Below, one piece after another: positions 54,579-64,000 of a DNA stretch of 64,000 nt. The notes beneath the pieces were generated by a model that was not told the DNA's origin, ran no database searches, and worked only from the letters and a program-made list of their open reading frames with translations. The position numbers and the translations under genes are program-made. The DNA lies in the NCBI GenBank assembly GCA_051294905.1, contig CM119373.1, positions 17,794,001-17,858,000 on the forward strand, written 5' to 3'. Positions within the stretch are counted from its first letter, which is position 1; each line of letters starts with the position of its first letter. Source of the stretch: Botryllus schlosseri. Taxonomy: Eukaryota.

Positions 54579-56395
54579 TTCTATAGAGGGTGGACGCCGG
54601 ACGAGACAGTTGTCATTTATTGCTGTTACTTGATGACTTGCGTAGAATGCTGTCACCACTCAAGAGATCGAGCACACGCAAGGTCGTAGCCAGAAAAACA
54701 ATTTATTTGTATTTTGTTTGGGGGGGGGGGTTATGACTTTAGGGAATCTCTCCCGTGGGAACATCTCGCAGAACCGTACGTCCTGCCATAGGCAATTTCA
54801 TCACTACCCTTTATACATACGATTCTTAGACGCACACACACACATACTCTATGGAAGCTTCCAGTTGCCAACTATATAGCTTGTATTAGGCGGTCGTTGC
54901 ACGGACGAGCCCAAATCGCTGACATAAGGTGATGAACAATCAGTGTGAATTTCGGCCCTAGTCGCGCGGAGCATAAATGTTTTTTGAAAAAATGAAAGAA
55001 TTTGATCAATAATATTGGTACGTCTATATGAGCAAGTGGTGTCCACTGTCCATTCTTATTACTCCGTTGAAGCACGGTTTGGGCGTAACCTCTGGTAGAG
55101 ATTGACGCTACTTTAAAGATTGAAATCGCTGATACATACCAGACCAAATTAAAAAAACTCCTTTGATCAGACTCGTTCAATTTCAAATTAGCAATTTTTA
55201 ACGGGAGGTGGTGATATTTTCCTGTGCCAGTTGCGTTTATGTTGTAGGGGTCTGATTGCAGGGACAGGATCATTAGGTGCCAGCCATTTAAGCACCCGAA
55301 AATCTATATCGAAGGCTTCGGAATACATGGGTCGGTTTTATGGTCGTCAATCATTTTGGGAGCGCACTTTGCGGAGTCGCATGTAGCCTACTTTATATAT
55401 CTTCGTGTGTCCCGGAACGGAAGTTGCCGGAGCTAACAGTCCCCAACCCCCATACTGAACTGACACTCCTACAGATTCAATCAACCAAACGACCTCAGGC
55501 TACTCTAGTGCATTTACTGGTACGGTTGTATTCTCATAATTGAGAATGCAGCTAAATTCAATATTGGGTATTTGCGGAATATTTTTTTCGTGATACCGAT
55601 AATAAAATCAAGACATGAACGGACACTAAATCGCGCGAAGCGCGAAGAAAAATTTTAGGTTGCATACATTTGCCCCAAAATACTCTAATATCTGTTGATT
55701 TTACGAAAATTTTCAAATAATTTGGGGGGGGCGACCGCCCCTTTCGCCCCCCCCTGGCTACGCCAGTGCTCATGTACTTGATTTCGCCCAGACCTAGAAA
55801 TAACATGTGTCGGCACGGTGCCAGGTATCTTGAGCGCAGACTATTATTAGCGGCTTGCGAGTGGTTTTCTTCCAATTTCCAGCGCATTGTTTCAAAGATT
55901 TATTGGATATGTTCGTAAGACTTCGCGTAAGTCGTATACCATAATTTTATACGTAATGCGCGCTCTCCTGATTGACTGAGATGAACGGTAGGAAGCACGC
56001 AATTTCATTTCACATTATGATTTCACACCATTAATTAGTTTATGGTTAGGAAGATATGTCTCGTAGCTGAGAAGCGTTACTATATTTTGATGTAATGATG
56101 CAATCGACCGCGCAACATAGTCGCACTGCTCACGACAAGATAAATTCAGAATATCGTCGATAACCAGTCAGCATCAGTTGGATTGATATGACCGAATTCG
56201 CTAACGGACTCTCTGTCAACATCAAGCGTTATCTCCGATTTATTACCACCATCCTATTACTACTTTTTTGTTAGGAAAATTACGAGTTCAATGCAAGACT
56301 TTACCGCTGGATACTGTGTGCTCTAATGTAAAATGTAAATGTGTGAGGATAGTCGCCAGTCACCCATGCTGACATAGCCTATAGATAGATTAGAT

Positions 56396-57744
56396 CAGGC
56401 CTGGGCAAAGTGCGACCCGCGGAGCTATTCTGTGCGGCCCGCGTAAGGTTGCTTGAAATTGAAAATATAAAACCAACTTTTTAGGTTGTATGAATTGGAC
56501 CGTAAATTCGTTTACTAACAAGCCTGTTCATTAACCTGCCGCGATTACGCAGCCTATACGTACATCACATGCCTAATCCAGATTCAAAGTACAGTCAATG
56601 TCAAAATTCTGCCGTTATAATTAAAGTCACAAGAAGTCCCCAAACCTTCTTTGTTTCCATTGTCACATTACGCATTACAACGGTCTGCGTTTCAAATTGT
56701 TACGTGATAAATTCCAAATGCCTAATTCGTAAAACAAATCAATCGGTGCCCGTGATTTCTATGAGTATATCACCACCCGTAAAGGATGTAAAAAAGGAAA
56801 GCCGAAAGTTGAAATTCAAAGAAGGTTTGGGGGACTAACTAGTTGTTTACTAACCGTATTTTTAGTAGTTAGTGCTGCGCACGTCGTCGTGTTTAAGGAG
56901 TATAATGTAAGTCGGTTCTCTGACAAAAACACGAAGACATAGGCTACACTCGATCAAGAGATGGCGAAATTCGGAATAGCGGCAAGCTTGGGTCAGCAAA
57001 AAAGCCATTTCGGGAAGCTGCACACTTCTCAGAAACCCGCTACCAAGACAATAAGCTTTATAGTAGGGTAGTAGAGCTCGAAGGGCACCCAAAATTATTT
57101 CGTGAATGAACATAAACCAACAGGGGCTCCCGAATATTTCCAAGACAGCACCTCACTCAGCTCTAGCGATAAAACTGAGTACGCGGGCTGAGAGAGGATA
57201 AAAAATATAGCAATACATGTGCAATTACCAATATTATTAACCGATCGAATCACGAATCATGGAAAAATGCCGCGCTTCGCGCTATTAGGGCACAAACATT
57301 GCCAATTAGTGTATACAAGAAATCTCGCTCAGAAGCAGTGTTAAAAACGTGCATCCCGATTAGGTCCGGTCTGGGGGCGAAGCCCCCAGGAGTTTGGTTT
57401 ATAACTACATGAGGGAAGCAAGTCCAACGTTTCGGGGGGCTGACGACGGGCTGTTTCGACCATTGCAAATACATTTTAATATATTGATAGAAGAACGCGG
57501 GTAGGAGTTTAAAGAGAGTTCAAAATGTATCATGTTTAACATTGTTTCGGAATATTGCGGCAAATAAATATTTTTTGGTAATTAACCGTCAATTTCCCAT
57601 TCCCCAATATCAACACATCCACTGCTTTCAATTTAAAAATAAAATCAATACGCGGGAGAATACAGCTAAAATTTCTGACTCGGCCCGCCAACGTATTTTC
57701 TGCTTCTCATTTGGCCCGCGGAGAAAAATAATTGCCCACCCCTG
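56396..57744. mobile_element. hAT Charlie-type non-autonomous element
   Basis: CAGGCCTGGGCAA...TTGCCCACCCCTG with ggcccgc subterminal repeats; perfect TSD gattagat. Confidence 0.8.
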
Positions 57745-58154
57745 GATTAGATAGATTGTAGTGCTTTAAACAATCAGCACGCGAGCGTCTCAAAAATCTT
57801 TCAACTTCGAGCGGAACATGCGTGGTTGTTATGACCGAACCCCACCCGTCTATACAATTCTATTACCAATCTTGTCCGCTTAGTCTGTGCAATTGTAAAG
57901 CTTATTGTACGTCCTTACCATTTCATCCTATCAGTAGATTCACGATTGGTTGGCTATGGGCGCCATGTTGTTGTCAACGTATCAAAATAAGTCGTTACTG
58001 TGTGTGAGATCACCGCGCGAGATGCTAGGAAGGCTGTATCGAAATCAAGAGTCTCCGGCACTCCTTACCCCTGATTCAGAGTGAAGAATCCAGCAATCAA
58101 AAAATGGTGCAACATCTCTCTTTCACAACGTTTCGACTGAACAACACTGATTGC

Positions 58155-58569
58155 TAGGGCAAGTTTTTGTTGCAGTCAAATCCGTGGAAAGTTGCATTTA
58201 TTTTTCACAAATGTTACCGTAAAAAGTTGCATTTTTTTCACAAAGTTGCTCCAAAATGTTGCATTTATGGACAAATTCCTTGAAATTATCTGGTATGAGA
58301 TACTCGAATCGATCCGTACCCAAGGCACTGTAGCAAACTCAGTGTTGACGACTTCAACAAAATTGACAGCCAGTAAAATGTAAGTTGCATGAAAAATCGG
58401 AAAAAGTTGCAAAAAGTTTGATGAAAAATCGCAAAAGTTACAAAAAGTTACATGAAAGAATTTGAGAAAAGTTGCAATATAAGAATCCTCCACACTACAT
58501 AACTTCTGAGTATTTATGAAGCTGCCGGAACCTGTAAAAAAGTCGCTAAAGTTGAAAAAACTTGCCCTA
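58155..58569. mobile_element. hAT MITE with internal aaaagttgca repeats
   Basis: TAGGGCAAGTTT termini; TSD ctgattgc/ctgattac. Confidence 0.75.
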
Positions 58570-59077
58570 CTGATTACGTTTGATTGAAAATTATATTGAG
58601 ACAATGAAAAAACCGACTAATGTTCTCGGTTCGCCAAAAAAATTGAGTCGAAATCATACTTTGTAGAAAATATTGGTCATCAGTAGAGTGATTTTTTTGA
58701 CATGTCGAAAAAGTCAAAATTTTGTCAAAATTGTGGCGTTAGGTCAAAAAATGTCAAAAATTTTTACGAAGTCAAAATTTTTTTGCAACCTGTATTTCGT
58801 TTGTATCGTAGATTTTGCACTGTCGGTGAACTTTCATTTGACATTTTACAACTGGTAGCCTGCTTTATAGGCCTACCGCTGTATACGGCCCATTGTCTGC
58901 TTAGTGTCAAACATAAATATTCAAATGAAACATCGGCTGACATGGTGTTATGCTCAAAGTACCGCGATATCCTAACTGAAGCAAGGCTGCGTGGGCATTG
59001 CATGGATCTTATATCAAGATGTAGATACCATTGTCAGAATGAAGCAACACGGTGTGTCACTAGCAGTGTATGCGCAA

Positions 59078-59678
59078 TAGGGTTGTTCAAAAAAAACTTT
59101 TTTCTCCAAATCTCACTCGCCTAATGACTCGTCAGGTTGTCCAAGAAAACAATGCACACCAAATTTGACTCAATTCCAACCAGTAAAGGCCGTGCAATCT
59201 TGAATTGAAATTTTTAATTTATTAATAAAAATTTAAAAAAAAATTCTCAAATTTTTCTGTCAACCCCATGAAATTGTTGAGCTGTCTTCAAAGACAATGC
59301 AAAACAAATTTGAGTGAATTCCGACTAGTAGAAGCGGAACTATTTGAGTTTTTCGTTAATAATCCCCGGATCAAGGCTAATCAAAGAATTATCAACGAAA
59401 AACTCAGAAAACTCCGCTTCTACAAGTCGGAATTCACTCAAATTTGTTTCGCATCGTCTTTGAAGACAGCTCAACAATTTCATCGGGTTGACAGAAAAAT
59501 TTGAGAATTTTTTTTTTTAATTTTTATTAATAAATTAAAAATTTCAATTCAAGATTGCACGGCCTTTACTGGTTGGAATTGAGTCAAATTTGGTGTGCAT
59601 CGTTTTCTTGGACAACCTGACGATTTAGTCATTAGGCGAGTGAGATTTAGAGAAAAAAGTTTTTTTTGAACAACCCTA
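59078..59678. mobile_element. Palindromic hAT MITE (TAGGG family), near-perfect hairpin
   Basis: TAGGGTTGTTCAAAAAAAAC termini; TSD atgcgcaa/atgcacaa. Confidence 0.88.
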
Positions 59679-59931
59679 ATGCACAATTCAGTGTTGTCAA
59701 CCAACAACTGCTACTGTTGAACGTTCTACCTAGCTGCTAGCTGCCAAATATATATATATATATATATACAAGTTGTCGTCAAGCCCGCCAGTTATCGGTA
59801 TTATCAGTATCGATTCAAAACCCTATATCGTTATGTTAAACTCTTCGATGCGTTACCGATTCAATTTTCAATAAACATTTGGCTTCCTTGACTCAGATTT
59901 GATTGCAGACAGAAAACAACGACCATAGACT

Positions 59932-60386
59932 TCAACAAGGAGAGCGATTACTGTCTAAAAACTCGAGCAACTCTGTCCCCTCCTGACAGGCGTGTTCGAA
60001 ATCGAAATACTTTACTCGCGTTGCATCCGTAGCGCTTTCCATTCGGTCTTCCGGGTCGCTGTTTAAAAATATCAGCCATTTTCCCTTTCCCAAACTCGGT
60101 TGCTGGTATAAGTTGTGAGGGTACGTAAACTCGCTTTGATCCGCCGTTCCTATGCAGTTGTTATTATCGAAATCAATGAAGCGCTTAGCGTTGATTAGCA
60201 CCAGGGCGTCGGCTTCGTCGAGCGCGTTGAGGTACCAATTTTTGCAGTCGGTCGGAGAGTTTACGATCTTATTATGTTCGTCCCAGTTTAGGCGCAAGTC
60301 GAATCCGTGCTGTCGTAAGTTTTCCGACAGTCTCTTTGCTTGTTGTGAGTCTTCACTGCCGGCTACTATTAGCAGGTGACTGATGC
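59932..60386 (-). CDS. R4 terminal SEFIR-domain exon
   Basis: Acceptor ttgatttcag at 60387-60388; ISHLLIVAGSEDSQQAKRLSENLRQHGFDLRLNWDEHNKIVNSPTDCKNWYLNALDEADALVLIN. Confidence 0.86.
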
Positions 60387-63300
60387 CTGAAATCAATGAG
60401 TGTGTTAATAAAGTGTGGACACAAGTGGTGAACTATTAGACCAGAGGGTAACCCGACTTGTACGTTTTCGGAATACTGATATAGGTTTTACACACTTGCA
60501 CTATACCTTTACTGTTTCTTAACCTTCACCAACGCGCAGAACACTGACGGTAATATGCAAGCCTTCGGGAAACCCCAAATTTCTCTGCGTCATAACAACA
60601 AAAACAAACAATACCACAATACGTAACCAACTAGGCGTGTGTCTGGCCAAACGAGACTGCAGCTCAGTCAGGAGAAGGAGCCAGACAGCATTGCTGCGTC
60701 ACAAAGCCAAACTCGATCACAATACAAAACTTGACGCTGATTTGGGGGGTTCTAGGGCCATGAGCAGAATACAATTTATATTTTCGTAATCGGTACAGCA
60801 GCAGGTTTCCATTGATATCCGTTTTATCAGATTTAGCGCTCGGCAATCTGGTAAAAAGAAATGGCCGTAAAATTGCCTTTGGCCAAATGGAAAGTATGAC
60901 GTAACACAAATGCAGTGAGCCGTTCAATCTCGCTGTGTCCACAGTCCACAAAGTCTACACCATTTAGGACACTTTCACTATGGTTACACTACTATAATAG
61001 GAAAGGAAAGTTCAGGAAAGGCAACAACAGTAATTTTTTAAGTCCTAAAAGTCCGATGCGAATCTCCCACTAAAATCCTCTGCCCCTGTTCCCCTGCTCT
61101 GCAGGTGTATCCTTATTGTTGTGTATCTTGTCAATCGTTTATTCAATTATATGCCAATAGTGTATACAACTTTTGTTCTTTCGTTGGGACACACGAAATT
61201 TTGACACAGTACAGTTCAGTAGCATCATTATGAAAATAGTCAATAGCATGGAAATTGAGTTTCCGGCAAAATTTAGGCAGTAGTCCGCAGAATTACTAAT
61301 TTGCCTAAAGGGGTCCGGGACTACAAAAATGTTGGGAATCTCATCTGTCAAATCTCTCTTTACACTATTTCTGAATCTATTCTTATTTGTGAAATGTTTC
61401 TATGCTCTCATCGTAATTTCGATCTAATTTCTGGTTTTCCTGTAAATTGCTACCACAGGAGAACTGTATAGTGCGAAACGAGCCAAGCTGGCTGTACGGG
61501 CATCTTTTGTTCCTATCATTTAACAATGAACTATGACTTGATATTAACGGAACTTTATTCCATGTCCAAGTTTTCGCGAATTCAGTGATTCTAGTTCTAA
61601 CTAAATTTGGGAAAAACTGTGGCCATAATTCATATTTTATTCTAATCTGGGAAAAACTTTGTGGCTGTAATTCGAATTCTAATCTAATTTGGAAACTGAA
61701 AATTTTCTAATTAACTAACAGTTTACAACAGATTACGTAATATGGGTGGAATCAATGTGTTTTCTGGATTCCGAATAAATTCCGGTTTCATATCATGACC
61801 AAGTCCACAAGGTAATCGTCAAGGTGCTCGTTCAATGATTTTGCACGAGCATCCATGATTACATCGGTTAGAATGAAAAAAAGATACTATTGCAACACGT
61901 TGTCGCGATAAGCCTCACGGCCACCAAGATTGCTAGCGACACCTTGTGTATTGTATAAGATATGCACACCTGATGATAGATTGAGTGAAGTAGCACATCT
62001 TTTCTTCCATAGCTTCCTGGATCGTAGATATGCTATTATTGTCAACAGGACAATATCAAGCATCCCGACACAGATCAAGACAGCAATCATTTGACCTTTT
62101 CTTGTGCTTAGATAACCGTCCTTGTCTGTGAATAAATTATTACTGTCGCGGTACGTTACTGTAAACCAGGGATGGTGTGTACGTCTGAAAGGTTCAGGTT
62201 CGTGTGAACGCGAACCTTTTTGAAAGGTTCTGTGTGAACGCGAACGTGAACCTCATGACGTCACGTGACGTCATATTGCTAATTCCAACCGTACATTCCA
62301 GTGAAGTGATAGCCTATATTAACGTACACGATACCTAGCGACGACTCGGGACACAATATGCCACAAATGCTGGATACTTATTGACGTTTTAAACGCCGCC
62401 AGATGTATCAACTGGGGCAATCAATGGATATCATCATCTCAGAAAATCAATATCTTCGCCAACAATTTCGACGAGGACTAGTAAGGGAATGTAAGCTTAC
62501 TCCTCAACGGTCTAGGCCAGACCGGACAATGTATTCGGCGTCTGAGTGTTAACAAGTTTTACAGCAGTAGCCAACACCCCAATCTCACGGATTTGGTTTT
62601 TATGATACAATAAACATATGGAATCAAGATTGATCCCGTACGCCTGCTAGATTTTTTTTATCACAACAACGACATCAATTTCGCTGATTAGTTGAATATT
62701 TCAATGAGCGTCATTCGCTGACTAGTGACTATCTATGTAGTGTATTTCGTTCTTGATGTTGTGTGATTGCGGGTCAAGCTCACAGCAGAGAGTCACCAAA
62801 TATTCACAAAAGGAAAGCTGGATATTTCGAGCAAACGTTTGTAACAAGGCAGGTAAAATATTTGAGATGTTCAAGATGCATGCTCGTTTAGTGTTGATTT
62901 TTTAAGCGGCCAGCACCATGCATAGAGTGGCCCGCAGTCGAAATGCAATACATTCCAACCCAAGATGTTATAATGAAGTTTTATAGAGTAAATAATTCTA
63001 GATGATATGGAATATATTTTGAAATTAGCGCCACTAATTAGTAGTTCTACTTGATATTTGTTTCATTTTGATATCCCTTCTGTCGGTAAAAATAATTTAT
63101 ATCGGTATCGGCTGAAAATTCTGATATCGGTTGGGCTCTGACAATAAGGATTCACCTTCGCCGAGCAGTAAGGTTTCGATTTCGCCCTCAAAATGTGAGT
63201 TGTTCAATTTCTGTTTCGATACATAAGTTAACATTATATGAGCAGGTGGATATGATTTGTAAGAAGACTCTGTGAAGCTATTTATTAGTCGATATGAGAC

Positions 63301-63419
63301 TTGGAGGATTGGCATTATTAATGGTACTCGTTGCGAGCATACATTATCGCAGTGCTTTTCAACCCATGGGATGGTTCGAACTTGTGTGAATGAAACATAT
63401 AGCAGTGCGGATGAAAATC
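59932..63419 (-). CDS. IL-17 receptor-like gene R4 (5' part beyond right edge)
   Basis: SEFIR exon 59932-60386 and TM exon 61970-62125 (MIAVLICVGMLDIVLLTIIAYLRSRKLWKKR) are well supported. Candidate juxtamembrane exon 61297-61344. Candidate FnIII-D2-end exon 63156-63419 (VRTIPWVEKHCDNVCSQR, cf. IL17RA VQIQPFFSSCLNDCLR), low confidence. Confidence 0.78.
61970..62125 (-). CDS. R4 transmembrane exon
   Basis: tttattcacag ... G|GTGTGC; 156 nt, phase 1-1; hydrophobic run followed by a basic cluster. Confidence 0.8.
62250..62950. repeat. Dispersed hAT relic, inverted copy of about 41845-42600
   Basis: gtgtgattgcgggtcaagctcacagcagagag...ggaaagctggatatttcgagc is the reverse complement of the 41.9-42.0 kb tract. 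Confidence 0.6.
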
Positions 63420-64000
63420 CTAAAAACCTTTTTGACGTAAAATAATTCAAAAAAATTAATAGGAAATTCAAGTGAAGTGAACTCAACTTTTGTCGTTGCG
63501 GCGCAATTGTAAAAATTTCATTGACTTGCAACGCACCACTAATCGTAGCTTTTACAATAACTTTTTCTGGCACCAGCCGCAGTGAATTGTTACTTGCGCA
63601 CTATAATTATTGTGTAATCAAAAATCTGGTCCGAAAGCCGGTGAAATGGAAGGCATACTGTTCAACAGCCCGTCTGAGCCTGCGATATGCAGGAAAAATG
63701 ACGTAAAGTAGACTTACAGCTTTCTTTCTAGGAGCAATCATCAAATTTTCGTAATAACGGCTTGATTAGCACTAGTAACGAAGATATAGTAGTAAATGCC
63801 ATCATTACAGACCCACATTTGCATGTTACTGTAACGCAAATTTCCCCCCCTTTATGGGTTCTCAAAGTATGGATCGCAAAGGGTATAATTTCAAGTCGCC
63901 ACGGCACAAGAGCGATCTGTGTATGCAATATTAGCTGCAATTCCTGCAAAAATGTATATTCCCGCGATTTCCGGTGTCTAGTTTTTACAAATCCAATGTC

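Noticed and set aside
633-63949. Remaining 60-120 aa ORFs on both strands, read as prokaryotic genes
   Set aside because: Low coding density, GT-AG exon structure and MITE content show eukaryotic DNA; these ORFs lack domains or are antisense shadows of exons and repeats.

Overview
This is eukaryotic, intron-rich, AT-rich animal DNA. It is probably from a marine invertebrate such as an ascidian, but that is inference only. Nearly all listed ORFs are spurious or exon fragments. Manual splicing of the minus strand gives a head-to-tail cluster of at least four divergent interleukin-17-receptor-like genes (signal peptide, IL17R-type FnIII ectodomain, single TM, terminal SEFIR exon). R1 spans <1-6028 and runs off the left edge. 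R2 spans 10345-19711 and is complete (8 exons, 482 aa, only one FnIII-like domain). R3 spans 26694-52638 and has two FnIII-like domains and very large introns. R4 spans 59932->63419 and runs off the right edge. Introns and spacers are packed with hAT-superfamily DNA transposon derivatives with 8-bp TSDs: palindromic TAGGG-ended MITEs, Charlie/Buster-type MITEs, and a 2.5-kb foldback made of two transposase 3' halves. tRNA-derived SINEs are also present. No rRNA, intact tRNA or CRISPR array was seen. All gene models were built by eye from GT-AG boundaries, phase continuity and remembered IL17RA motifs; no database search was run.
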